64,000 nt of DNA from Ginglymostoma cirratum (Eukaryota). The DNA lies in contig JAHRHZ010000145.1 of the NCBI GenBank assembly GCA_024137785.1, positions 22,163,957 through 22,227,956 on the forward strand. The letters are read 5' to 3'. A program made the translations under genes and the position numbers. The notes below the pieces were generated by a model. It had not been told where the DNA came from and searched no databases. It saw only the letters and a program-made list of their open reading frames with translations. Shown here piece after piece: positions 39,330-51,725 of this stretch; the first letter of the stretch is position 1, and each line of letters opens with the position of its first letter.

Positions 39330-42080
39330 ACCGGGAACGGAATCTAGCATACCTAAAAATAAGGTGAGATCCTGGTGAAGCTACAACACAGGACCACTTG
39401 CATGCCAAACAGTGGAGGCAGTGTGAGATAGGTAGGGTGAAGAAATCGCACAAACAATGGATCAGATCGAAGTTCAGCAGTCTTACCACATCCAGTTGTG
39501 AATGACGAGGATAAAATAGCCAACTAACTGGAGAAGGCTCCACAAATATCCCCTTCCTCAACGACGGCGGAGCCGAGCACACCAATACACAAGACAAAGC
39601 TGAAGCACTCACAACCAATTTCAGCTCGAAATGCTCAATAGATGTTTCATCTCAGCCTCCTTTTGAGGTCTCCAGCATCACAAATGTTGGTCTTTGGTGA
39701 AGTCAGTGCACTCCACATGATATCAAGAAACTACTTTATCAAGCACTGGATACCACAAAAACTATGAGCCTCAACAACATTCCAGCAGTTACTGAAGAAC
39801 ATGCTCCAGAGCTAGCCGTTCCAGTTGTTCCAAACCAGCTATAACATCGTTGCCTACCTGACAATGTGGAAAACTGCCCAGGTATGTCGTGCCCACAAAA
39901 AGCAGGAGAAATTCAATCTAGCCAATTACTGTCATACTGTCAAATCATCAATGTATTAATGGATGGTGTTCATTGGCACTGCTATCAAGTGGCACCTACA
40001 CAGCAATAACTTGCTCATCAATGCTAGGTTTGGATTCCATCAAGTCAACTCAACATCTAATCTCATCATCCTTGGTCTAAATATTTACAAGATAACTTAA
40101 CTGAAGAGGCGAGAGTTACAGGCCCTGACAACAAATAGCTTTGATTGATTGCAGCATCAAAGAACCCAAGCAAAATGAAACTCAATGGAAATCAGAAGAA
40201 ATCTCTTCACTAGTTGGAGTCATAGATAGAACAGAGGAAGACAGTCACGGTTGTTGATGGTCAATCACCTCAGCTGCAGGAGATCATTCAGGAGCTCCTC
40301 CCAACCACCTTTAGTTGCTTCATCAATGATGTTTCATCCATCACAAGGACAAAGTGGAGTTGTTTGCTCAACGTTCAGTACCTTTAGCAACTTCTCAGAT
40401 ATGGAAGCAGCCAGTGCCCATATGCAGCAAGACCTGGACACCATTCAGGCTTGGGCTGATAAGTTGCAAGTAATATTTGCATATGTGCTAACAATGTCCA
40501 TCTCTAACAGGAGAGAATCTAACCATCTCCGTATGATATTGCACAGCCATTGCTGAATCCCCTAAGGTCAACATCTTGGTGGTTACAATTGACTGGCATA
40601 TAAATACTGTGACTACAACAGCAGGTCAGACACTTGGAATTTTGCTGTGAGTAACTCACTCTTCCAAGTCTCCAAAGCCTGCACTGCACAAGCTAGGAAC
40701 GCAATGGAATATTTTTGATGCCCTGGTGATTGTAGCTCCAACAATACTCAAGAAGCTCAACTGACTGGTCGACTGGGTACAGCAATGGCAATTGGAAATC
40801 AATCTGAAAAAGCGTGAGGTAATGCACTTGGAAAAGGCTAACAAGGTGAGGAATTACACATTGAATGGTAGAATCGTGAAAATTACTGAAGATTACAGCA
40901 CCTTGATGGGCAAATCCACAGATCCTGGAATGTAGCAGGGCAAGCAGATAAGGTGGTTAAGAATACAAACCTTTCTTAACCATAGCAAAGAATATTAAAC
41001 AGCAGGGAGGTTATGCAGGAATTGTAAAAAAATGCTAACAAGCAGCAATTGGAGTACAGTGTGCACTGAGTTCTGGTCACCACATGAGAGGAAGGAAGTG
41101 ACTGCACTCACGAGGGCGCAGAGATGATTTTCCAGCATGCTGCTTGGGCAAGAGGGTCTGAGCTGTGAGGAAAGATTAGATAGCCAGGGGTTGTGTGCCT
41201 TGGAACAGCAAAGATTGTGTGGGTGCCTGATAAACGCATATAGGATAGATAAGGAGGCATTTTTTTCATTAGTAGTGGAGTCAATAACCAGAGGTCAAAG
41301 ATTCATGAGTTAGAAAGCTAAAAGGAGAATAGAGGAGAAATTATTTCAACTATACAGTAATGGGGGTCTGGAACATATGGCCTGAAAAAGTGGTTGATTC
41401 AGAAACTCTCACAACATCTAATCTGTAATTAGATATTCACTTGCAGAGGGGTCAAAAGCTGGAAAATGGGATTAGTGTGGTCAGATCTTTGTTGACTGGT
41501 GCAGATATGATGTACTGAATGGTTTCCTTCCGTGCTGTAACTATCCAGGACAAAGCAGCACGTTTGCTTGGCACCCCATCAGCCACCTTATATATTCAAT
41601 TCACCCTACCACATTGCGTCTCCAAGGTGCAATGTGGTAGGGTGGATTGAATACATAAGGTGGCTGATGGGGTGCCACGCAAACGTGCTGCTGTGTCTTG
41701 GATATTTACAGCATGGAAGGAAACCATTCACATTGCATCTCCAAGATGCAATGTAGCAACTCAAAAAGCCTCATTTCACAGTACCTCCCAAACTTGCTAG
41801 CTCTTGCATCTAAGAGGGCAAGGGCAGTAGATACAAGGAATTATCACATCCTGCTAGATTGCTTTCAAGTCACACACCATACAAACAGGAAACTGTTTGA
41901 CTGTTCCTTCTCTATCGCTGGGAAAAAATTCTGGAATTCCCTTCCCAACAGCACTGTGGGTGCACCTACATCAAAGAAGCTTCAGCAGTTCAAAGTGATG
42001 GCTCACAATCACCTTCTCTGGGGCAATTAGGGATAGGCAAATAACTAGACAGCAACACACTCATGAAGGAACAAAGAAAA
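39330..42080 (+). mobile_element. Decayed LINE (same family as 25600-28437) with a nested CR1 at about 40760-41541
   Basis: HMQQDLDTIQAWADK and SFSIAGKKFWNSLPNS remnants; the CR1 insert ends gaatggtttccttccgtgctgtaa. Confidence 0.75.
41516..41730. repeat. Long inverted repeat (fold-back duplication), 105-bp arms, 5-nt loop
   Basis: 41516-41620 aligns without gaps to the reverse complement of 41626-41730, 9 mismatches in 105 by hand count. Confidence 0.95.
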
Positions 42081-42086
42081 ACTTTA

Positions 42087-42215
42087 GAGATAAAAGGTAC
42101 TGCAGATGCTGGAGAATCCGAGATAACAAGCATGGGGCTGGATGAACACAGCAGGTCAAGCAGCATCATAGGAGCAGGAAAACTTGACGTTTCGGGCCTA
42201 AACCCTTCATCAGAA
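42087..42215 (-). mobile_element. Young PLE terminus with intact hammerhead core, sense to KCTD18
   Basis: Minus strand ttCTGATGAagggtttaggcccGAAACGTCaag... (core 42213-42186); near-identical to the 61309-61445 copy. Confidence 0.85.
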
Positions 42216-42655
42216 AAAAAACAGACAAAAAGGAATTAATTCTGTAGTTGATTATGTAAATCTTAATAGACAGACATACAAAAACTGGCAAACTGGATAA
42301 GGCCTGGTTCATCAACCCTGTCCCAAACAATTGTGTCATCCTCAAATAAAACAAGAAATATGTTGATGTGTCAACTTAATCCATTAAGATACGCATTTGG
42401 CAATATGTAAAGAATTTTTAATAAGATGGTTCAGCTCAATAGCTCAATAAGTGGTAGTTCCTAGGCACTGATAAATCCCTAAGGGTTCTTTGGCAAGGAA
42501 TTAAAGAGATGGTGTTCTTCTGGTGAGTAATATGATAGTTTACCAATCTCAATGACCTTCATACAAAATAAACAGAATAAAACAAGACATGCAGTGCAAA
42601 GCAGCAAATTTTACACTTAGATATCACAGGTTACTGTCAAATCACCCACTTTTAC

Positions 42656-42849
42656 CTTTTATAGATACTTCTACTTTTCATTCTGCCTCCCAGCTGCTTT
42701 TCAATGGCTCCGATCCCTTCTATCTTTGATGTAAACACTCCTAGGATCTTGCTCTCACAACTAGCACCACAAGTGTTGAGATAGTGCAGGATCCACACCA
42801 CAGGTTTTGTGCAGATTAAACCATAGGAGGCACACATGTCTGTCAATGC
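42656..42849 (-). CDS. KCTD18: KCTD18 coding exon 3
   Basis: Acceptor gttaaatacag; encodes ALTDMCASYGLICTKPVVWILHYLNTCGASCESKILGVFTSKIEGIGAIEKQLGGRMKSRSIYK(R); donor AG|GTAAAA; 194 nt, phase 0 in and 2 out. Matches recalled human ALTDFCDSYGLVCNKPTVWVLHYLNTSGASCESRIIGV. Confidence 0.93.
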
Positions 42850-45154
42850 CTGTATTTAACAATTAGAACAATAATAATAATGAAATCATTGATTATTGAA
42901 ATAATTGACAAAAATGCTTTACTTATACCCTACCTTCATCTGAATGTACATTGAGAGTTACGTGTATTTCAATAATTCTTAAGTTAGGCTACTGTTGACT
43001 ATTTTCCTAATCCCACAATGAAACGTCATTGCATTGTCAAACAAACTGTTGTGTGATCTATAACTTAATAGTGGCTTCTGAAAACAGCACACTAGGAGGA
43101 CTCTAAGTATAAATTCAATGTATTCCAAAGTAAAAATGAGATTGGATACATTATAATTCTACTTTTCTTGCTTGAGTTGTGCCTTCTGGTAACATAGGAG
43201 TCCATATGGATACATGCTGACAGTATTGCAAATATTTGGGTAGAGTTTCCACTTTGTATTAATGTGAAAATTGCACTTGAAATTGTGCTGGTGATCATTG
43301 TTCAGAGTTTTTGCATAATCATAAACTTAATTCTTCCATGCACCAGTGCAATCAAGCAAGATAACCAATGTAATCATTCCCTTTTTCCTTTGACGAGCAT
43401 TTCTTAATGTATCTAAGCATTGGCAGTGGACAAATTGAACCTTTAATTAGCACAAAAGATGATATAATTCAAATGATTTGCACACAGCCCACTTATACTT
43501 AAAACTCCCAATACATTGTACTGATTCGGTTACTTACACTGGAAGCAGACTACAAAACTTGCATAAGCCAGCAGAAACTCTACCTAAGTATCCAAATGCC
43601 CAACTATCAAAGCAACCAGCTGGAGGTACCATCCTTGCTGTGATAAATTTGTGCACGTAGGGACTAAGTTATAATTGCCCAATTTAATGAAATTGATCTG
43701 ATTGATGTTTTTCTGATTCAAAGTGCAAGGAACAGAAGAGGGCTTCAAAGGTGACACCACATGCAACTTTAAATGGTTATTTGATGAAGCTCACTCATAG
43801 TCACTAATGAACTCCCACGTTTCTGACTGGGTAGGCTCAACTTTAGGTTAAATATACCGAAGTCGATTATTCTTAAAAGTATCCTTTATTGAATTGCTCA
43901 TTAAAGCAGGAGCCAGATTGTTTTCAACAGTTGTGTTGGAATTATTGTGAAACTGAATCTAATTAACTCCAGTTGGCAGTAATCGCATGGCCAATTCTGT
44001 AAGTGAGCAGGACACTGGATTGTACGACAGGGTTTCACCCAGAGTGATAACTTAATGTCGCAAATGGTATTAGAGTAATGAGTGCAATGCAGCAGCATGC
44101 TTTAAACAACACATTTAAATTCCAACCTGGGAAACTCAAGACATGACGGAAGATGCATTTTTTTTTCCAAAGTACGGCCCCCCTCTCCCAAGACAGAGCC
44201 AAATGGGCCGGTCTCTGGATTGCTCGAAAACAGATGTTTGAGATCATATGGAATTTCTGACGCATGGACCTACTTGGAAATTGGTCAGGTTAAATTTTCA
44301 ACAGTCAATTCCCCTGTTCTCTGCACAAATAGCTTCCGAGTCAGAAACTTGTAACAGTTGCTCAGGAGTCACCCAGGAAATATCAGACAGACCGAAACCT
44401 CATCTAACATCTTATAACACACAGCCAACTTTCCACTCACCTCCCTTGAGGAGGATGACATCCTCTGAACAACCAACTACACTTCATCACCCCCAATACC
44501 TGCTGACTACTTGACCAGACTCAACCCGACTACAGACCCCCGCAAACTGACTAGATACTGACCTGACTACCCAACTATCCATTGACCCACTAATCCATTC
44601 ATTCATATTCAACGATTGGCCCTTTAAACTCACCATTCAGCAGATAATGCCAGAATTTTGTCCCACCCAAGATTAATACAATTATAAAAATATAAAATTA
44701 TTGAAATCTATTCTGCTGTACCGGAGTTCACTAAGAAAAAGCAGCACTGCATAATTCTGTGAAAGCCAGGATTGAAAGATTCCAAAGGGAATGGACAGCA
44801 GTCCTAATTCAGGGGAATTTACAAGCATGAGGAAGGTTCAAGCCAGAGTTCTGACAGCACTAGATAATCTCTGATGACACAGGAGCTATTAGCCATAAAG
44901 GGCCTAGTGCCACAATCTTTTATCAACATGTAGAAATGTCAAAGCCAAGACACATCAACTTTGCTTTCATCAGATGCCACATGCATGCTCAAAGTTTCTG
45001 AATAACAATAATCTAATTGAACTTTGGCCAACATTTCCCTTGAAAACCTAACTGTGAGAGCTGATATCCATTATATCAGGAGACGTTCCTGAATCAAACC
45101 TAGATTCCCTTGGTCTGCATTACATCAGAAGGATTAAAACTCTGTACTTAATGG

Positions 45155-45540
45155 TGCCTTTCACATCCTCAGGATATCCGAAAGCACTTTACAGTCCATA
45201 AAGTTGTTTTAGAAATAAAACAGTACTGTAGGAAACATTGTGACCAATTTTGCACGCAGCAAGGTTGTATAAACAGTAGCAAGACGATGACAGGGGAAAA
45301 GAATTGGGCAGGACATTTGTGTAAACTTCCCCTGCTTTTCTTAAAAAAATTCCATAACACCATTTGATGTCCATCTTATTTAAATAATGTCTCATCCAAA
45401 TGATAAAACTTCTGATAGTACACCACTCTCTCAGTACTGCATTAAAATATTAATCTACATTCTGAGAAGTCTTTAGAGGGGGACTTGAACTCCTGTACTT
45501 TTCGTTCAGAAGCAGAACTGCTACCACTGTGTCAAAACCA
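45155..45540 (-). mobile_element. tRNA-derived SINE with L2-type tail
   Basis: Minus-strand head cagtggtagcagttctgcttctgaacgaaaag..GAGTTCAAGTCC; tail gtaaagtgctttcggatatcctgaggatgtgaaaggcac. Confidence 0.65.
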
Positions 45541-45916
45541 ATATCGATAACTTACAGAGCTGCCAAGAAAGACTGAAAAATCTAAGAATACTGCAGGAGC
45601 TGGAAAATGTTGTTCGGTTTGACATTGTTTAATTATTACATATTAATTACAAAACAATTTAACTTTTTCAACATCATTGCTTTTCAGGAATAAAAATATC
45701 TCAAGCACAGATGATCTAATAAGACTTTTTCATCATCAGTCAAAATCATGAAGGACAAAGCTCTTACAGTCAATTATGAAAACAATGATTCGACACTGCT
45801 CTATTTACACTAGGCTTCATTTTTTGAAAAGAAAAGGCCATATTTCTTTCAAGTAACACTGCAACCAGCTAACAAAATTCGGAGTGTCCAAAACTTTTGA
45901 GATGAACATTACAAAC

Positions 45917-46128
45917 CTTTTTGATTTCCATGTTAGATCTCGAGCAATGTCTTTCCATCTCACTCGACAAGTAGTCAGTCAAACTATAAGGATAGGGAAT
46001 GCCAAAGTAATCTGCCTCTTCTTGTAATGCTACACGAGTTTTCATTTCCTCAGGGATGCAGAGTTCACCATGCAGATAATCCAAGAGATACTTGAAAAGT
46101 TTGCCATCCCGTTCAATAAGACAAGCTC
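45917..46128 (-). CDS. KCTD18: KCTD18 coding exon 2 (rest of BTB domain)
   Basis: Acceptor tttttattaaag; encodes (G)ACLIERDGKLFKYLLDYLHGELCIPEEMKTRVALQEEADYFGIPYPYSLTDYLSSEMERHCSRSNMEIKK; donor AAG|GTTTGT; 212 nt, phase 1 in and 0 out. Contains the KCTD DRDG..F..LL.YL and EA.YF motifs. Confidence 0.94.
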
Positions 46129-46564
46129 CTTTAATAAAAAGATTTTAGACTTTAAACTTCAGCATTACACATCTCAAATTTAAAATGATGCATTGATAGC
46201 TCCAGCAGTTTATCTTCCAAACAGTAAGCCCCTGGTTCTCCCCATTGCTCAGCCAGGTAGACTGTATCAATCTTCAGTGGGCTACCGCACAGTAACTCCA
46301 GCAACGTGATCCAACTCAATTAAATGAAACATGGCAAGAAGGGATGGCACAGTACAGTAGAACAATAGGTCTTTTACCAGACCACTTAGTCAGTGGCCTG
46401 GCCTAATGAAATAGAGGAAGGAATTCAAACCCCTTCATAAATTCAATTGAATAAAGCCTGGATAAAAAGTCAATTTTCAATAATGACAAACAAGAAGCTA
46501 CAAAATTGTTGTACAAAACCCACTTGGTTTGTGGATACCCTTGGGAAAGAAATCTGCCAAACCG

Positions 46565-47365
46565 AATGATTTATTCATTGTCATTTGCATTTAACAGTGA
46601 ATAATGCAGAAAAAGTGAAAATCTTCAACAGTTGCAACAATCCACATCATTTTGAACAGTTTAAGAATAAAATGATAAAAGATATAACTGAAAGAGAACC
46701 CTGAGCTGCTTCACCAATAACACCTGTGCCACCATCCATCTCCTCCGCGCCTCGCCACTGCCTGTGTCAGACCCACCGACATAAGAGTTGCCAATCTTTA
46801 GGCACCACCTCTTCACCGCTGCCAAGTGGCATGATGAACCCACGCTTGCCCCGCAACTAGGAGACCCTGACTCCACTGCCACCTCGAAGCCACTAGGAAT
46901 CCCGGCTCTAGTCATAACATGCTACCATCACTACAGCTGCCAGTTTGCCAATACCAGGAGTCCCACTCTGGGCTTACTGCGACCCGGGAGTCCCTGGCTC
47001 CGCAAGCCAGACCAGGTCACTGCCGCCAACATCTTACCAGCCGCCCTCATCCGAGATGTTGCCTTGCCAGCACCGCCATCGCCATATCGAAAAGTCTGCT
47101 GCCGCCAACGCTGCTGATCACTTGAAGGAACTTTGCTGCTGCTGCTGCCAGCCCCCAAACGCTGGGAAGACGTCTCTGCTGCCTCCAGTCACCATGAGAA
47201 GCCGCATCTGCTGCCGCTCCAGTACAACAGGAGGAGTCTCTATTCTACGCATGGCCTGCTCTTGCTGCCATGCCAACTAACCCATTACAAAAGCTTTCAA
47301 AGAAAAGAAAAACGAAAGAAAGAAAGCATGCAGTAGCGGATGAGCCCCGGGCAACAGCCTGTCCC
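46565..47365 (-). mobile_element. GC/CpG-rich non-autonomous retroposon-like insert inside an older SINE
   Basis: Left end gatttattcattgtca resembles the inverted LINE tail at 54585-54600; the body is rich in gccgcc/ctgcc; host repeat sequence flanks it at about 46400-46560 and 47370-47520. Confidence 0.4.
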
Positions 47366-47959
47366 ATGTCTGACTCCAGATCCACAGTGATGTTGTCTCT
47401 GAAATGGACTAGCTAGTCACCTGGGTACATGCAAGAAAGTGGCAAATCAACATCTTTTCAAAGGTAACTTGAGGTGAGCATTAAATGTTGGTTTTACCAG
47501 TGGTACACCCATAACCGAATAAGGAACAGCCATGTCTACTGCTTTCCCATTTGAAATATGGTATATAGCTGTTTCCTCAAAGAGTATATTGCAGCTCAGA
47601 TTGAAAGGAAGGGTGGGGGGAACATTCCAAAAGAGATGGAAAGCAAATTAAACAGAATGGTAATCCAGTTGTGTTGTTTATAAATCAGACATTAGTAATA
47701 ATAAATTACTCTTGTTTTCTCACACTCTTGTGAAGCAGCAAATAAAAGTCAATGCCGTAAAATTACAGGGATGTCTCTGATACAAGTAGTATTTATGTAA
47801 GGGAGTGCTCCCAAAACTATTATGTCTATATAGTTCAATACAACTTTGTTGGGGATGTATATGAGAGAGCCGCCTCAAAACCATTTACAAATCCGAGAAA
47901 TGTTTTGAATATTATTGAACACCTCAAAAGATTTTATGCTTTTCTTCCCAGTCACAGGC

Positions 47960-48800
47960 AAGAAACCACCGACAATCACTTCGCTTCCTGATCTCACACT
48001 GTTACTTCTAGTGCCCCTCATGCCTATGGCCTTCACTCAACTTTTCATCTAAAGCTGCCCCTTGACGACACAACTCAAAGACACGAGGCTCCATATGTAT
48101 GTTGATATCAACCAGCTCTTTTGACCCATCTACTATCTTTAAATTGTTAGACTGTTTTAGTAATGGATAAGCAGGTATTTTGTCCAACTAAATATTAGGA
48201 AGACTGAAGCATTGCCTTTGGTCCCCTTTACATACTCTGTTCTGTAAGCATCAACTCCATCCCTCTCCCTAATGACTGTCTGAGGGTGAACCAGAACTTT
48301 ATTCCATTATGTTGCATTTCACCCAAGATGAACTTCTGATTCCATATCTACTCCACTGCCGAGTGTTGACTCCCAGCTCTATGACATCACCTAACTTTGC
48401 TGCCTGCCTCGGCACACATGCTGCTGAAACTCGCACCTATGCCTTTGTTAACGCCAGATAATTCCATTGCAATCAAGGCTGACAGCTATTCGACCATCCT
48501 CCAGAAACTTGAGCTCATTCTGAATTTTGTTGCCTGTGTTGCAATTCACACCATGTCTGCATTCTCCAGCCTGTACAGGGTTCCAGTTAAACAACCACCT
48601 CAATTTTCAAATTCTCATCCTTGTTTTTCAAATCCCTCCATAGCCCTATACCTTCATCTGATCCTAGAACCCTCGCATTCTTCTAATTCTGGCTTCTTGC
48701 AAATCTCTTAAATTATTCATTCCATCATTGCCAGCTGTGCTTCTGGCTCTGAAATTCGTTCCATAAAACAGTCAGCCGCTCTTTCTAATCTTAAAACTGT
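47960..48800 (+). mobile_element. Decayed L2 LINE 3' portion (related pieces at about 3655-3730 and 49310-49670)
   Basis: ttcaaattctcatccttgtttttcaaatccctccatagcc is an L2-like C-terminal motif that recurs in degenerate form at the other two sites. Confidence 0.6.
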
Positions 48801-49962
48801 TGAGTAACTATTTAGCTAATTTGCTACTCCACAATTATTCAGTTTCTTACTGCTATGATTTTCATTTAATATTAATCCCAGTCAATCCATTAGCAAATCC
48901 ATTGCTAATATTAATTTCATGATTACAACAACCGGTCATCACACTGATCAAGGTCAACTTTTACACGCAACCTACACATTCTGTCCAGAAGTAAAAACAT
49001 TCAAGTTACATGTGGAAACCCCACGAATTTTCCAGCTTCTGAAATTTATCAGCCTCAGTGCATTACTTTACATCTGTTATTACCCAAACTCTACTTAGAG
49101 CATACGCCAGTGAAAAGGAAACAATCTGATTCTCGTATACATAAAGAAAGAGGAATCCAATTTCAAATAGGAAGCACTGCTCCATATATCTCAAAGTAGT
49201 TTAAGAATTTCAAATAGAACAAAGTCAAACTTATTAAAGGAGCTAAAATCTGTTATTTAAGAATAATTACAAATGTGTTATCGCTGCTGTGGATGTCTAA
49301 TCCAATGCTTTGATTTTAGAATTATTGCCCTGTTTCCAAATTCCTTCATGGCCAGGCCGTTCTATTTCCATAATCCCCTCCAGTCACGCAATTTCTGTAT
49401 TCCACTATTTCTGACTTCTTGATATCCCTGATTTCTCACTCTATCATTCGATCACGCCTTCAACAGCCGAGACACTAATCATCTGAAATTCCTTCTGTAA
49501 TTCTTTACATATATACCTCTCACTCCTCGAACTTGACCAACTTTTCAGTTAACAGTCCAAATACCATGTTACTTGGCTCGGTGTTAAATTTTGTTTGCTG
49601 ATGTTCCTGTGAAATGCCATAGAATATTATACTATGTTGATGTTATTAAATAAATGCAAGTTGTTGTTGTTTCAAATAACTATATAAATACTAGGCTGGC
49701 TCAAAATCACAGCAGCATAAAGCAGCAAAGTAAATATATTTTGCATAATTAAACTGCCTTTACCCATTAGTAATGGTTCTGACAGACTATTCCATCGTGC
49801 CTATAACTACTTTTAGATAATGAATCAGAGGCCACTGACCTCAGCACTTGAATTTTGCTTAAAGGACGTAATTTGGTTGTAGACAAAAAAAAAGCAGCTC
49901 CTGGAAATCTGTAATCATGCTACATGAGATGATATGATTGACAACTACATTCTTTTCATTAC

Positions 49963-50119
49963 CTGATTCATCTAGTTTCAAAGGAAACCGTCCACTAAAC
50001 ATTGCACTAAGCATTGAGTCTTTAAAACGACACAGGGAATTTCGTCTGGCTGTATACAAACAACCTCCCACGTTCAATCTGAGAATCTCGGAAATAGCTT
50101 CCCTCTCACAAGACGCCAT
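49963..50119 (-). CDS. KCTD18: KCTD18 first coding exon (BTB/POZ T1 domain N-terminus)
   Basis: [53 protein letters not shown] closely matches recalled human KCTD18 ([42 protein letters not shown]). Acceptor ttttttgcacttag precedes exon start 50154; ATG at 50119 (ATCATGG); donor CAG|GTAATG after 49963; 157 nt coding, phase 1. Confidence 0.93.
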
Positions 50120-50649
50120 GATGTGCAATATCCAATCACTCCATCGCTGAAATTCTAAGTGCAAAAAAAATCAAAAACAGTTTGTTGGTATGAAGATGAA
50201 TCAAATGTTGTTTGTCCTATTAATTACTTATTAGCCAGAACACATATTTAGTTTTTCTCTTAAAAACTAACTGACTTAAAAGTTGAGAATATCCAACAGT
50301 ATTATTTTGATTACACATTGGTGAAGTCCCTTGTATATCTTTAAATGTCAGAGATTCTATACAAAAGCTAATTGGATTAGGCTATTAATACACACAAAGA
50401 AAAATGCCACTTGTGAACAGATCTATGGAAGGTAACAAAACCTAGAAGTTTATGTGACATGTTGCAATAACTGCTGTAGCCCATTAACAGGGATTGACAG
50501 GGTATAAACAAGACAGAATAATCAGCACAGTTGGTATTAAGAGGACTGTATGGAGCTTCTTTTAAACAAAACCACTTTGAGCTTTGTGCTGACCAGAAAA
50601 TATCAAATTCCCGGTTACTTTCAGTAAGCGTCAGATTATTTCCATTTAC

Positions 50650-51040
50650 CGGGAGATGAGGTGAGGTGGGGGTGGGGAAAGGAGAATCTCCTCACAGACA
50701 CCCTTTGTAACTCCCTCCTGTTAATCTATATCTCAGTTGTACCAACAACCTCCGGCTCCTCAGCTCCACTTTCCCTTCCTCCCAGACAGGCGCACACTGA
50801 TGACATGACCGCAGCCCAGCGCAGCCGCAGTGCCTCTCAGGCCCAGTCCACCGCCTGCTCAGCTGCTCCCCCTGGAGGCGGGAGAACAGCAAAACCGCCC
50901 CCGTTGCCGCTCCACTTCGGCACGGAGTGGGTCGTGGATCAACAGAGTGACCGCCACCTCCTGTCTCCCCCTGGTGGCCGTAGAGAGAACGCCCCCTTGC
51001 GTCCTGACAACTGCTCCGAGCGGCACCAGCGTAATCACAA
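50650..51040 (-). promoter_or_regulatory. CpG island; probable KCTD18 promoter and non-coding first exon
   Basis: Sharply GC/CpG-rich patch with GC boxes (ggcggg near 50877, ccgccc near 50895) about 0.5 kb upstream of the acceptor of the ATG exon. Candidate donor CCCG|GTAAAT at 50650/50649; alternative GTGAG at 50695. Confidence 0.7.
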
Positions 51041-51469
51041 TCCATTTATCTTTAGCTTAATCGATCTTGACTCAAGGAATCAAATCCTATTTTTATGGCA
51101 TAGGATTGCATGGGTTGCAGTTCAACTTTGGCCATCACATTTCAGAGATATTGTCACTTTTTGTGTGTGTATGACAAACGAAACCAATAGCCACCGTCCA
51201 AGTGGCAGAGTTTGTTCAGGACTATATTTCTCCTGTTTAAGTCTTCAGGTTGGTCAAGATAGAGTCGTGAGTTATAATTTCCTGGTCAGCCTGGCTTAAC
51301 ACAGGTGTTATCTTGATAAATGAAGTTAAATGTGCTAGATTACGAATTAACTTGATTTTTAAAACATATTAAAGAAGATCCTTATTTTGGTGGCAAGAGT
51401 CACAATTGGCAGGCCGACCTAACAACCTTCAGCTGAACAGGAGTAGGAACATCACAAGGTTTTGAGGGT

Positions 51470-51725
51470 TAGAGACTCATAGAGTCACACAGCATGGAAA
51501 CAGACCTTTTAGTCGAACCTGTCCTTGCCAACCAGATTTTCCAAACTGAACTGGTGCCATTTGCCTGCATTGGCCCACATCCCTCTAAACTTTTCATACC
51601 AACATGACTGTTCTGATTTTTTTTACATGTTGTAATTGTACCTGTATCTATCACATCCTCTGTCAGTTCATTCCACATGCTGTGTGAAGAGGTTGCTGCC
51701 TGCCAGTCCCTTTTAAATCATTTCT
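51470..51725 (-). mobile_element. CR1 LINE 3' end
   Basis: WNELTEDVIDTGTIT motif and tail ctgtgtgactctatgagtctc. Confidence 0.75.

Noticed and set aside
44460-44615. Degenerate ctgactac/ccgactac units, considered as a CRISPR-like array
   Set aside because: Irregular low-complexity units with no constant repeat-spacer structure, in a eukaryotic context.
33605-50119. Initial identification of the BTB gene as KCTD19
   Set aside because: A single BTB domain, 445 aa, post-BTB motifs (REAGNN.QYIWSYYS, GVSYWRVP.ELIECWTLE) and SPATS2L adjacency fit KCTD18.
50661-51299. 212-aa plus-strand ORF at the CpG island, considered as a divergent gene such as SGO2
   Set aside because: No recognisable domain or shugoshin coiled coil; stop-poor frames are expected in GC-rich DNA.
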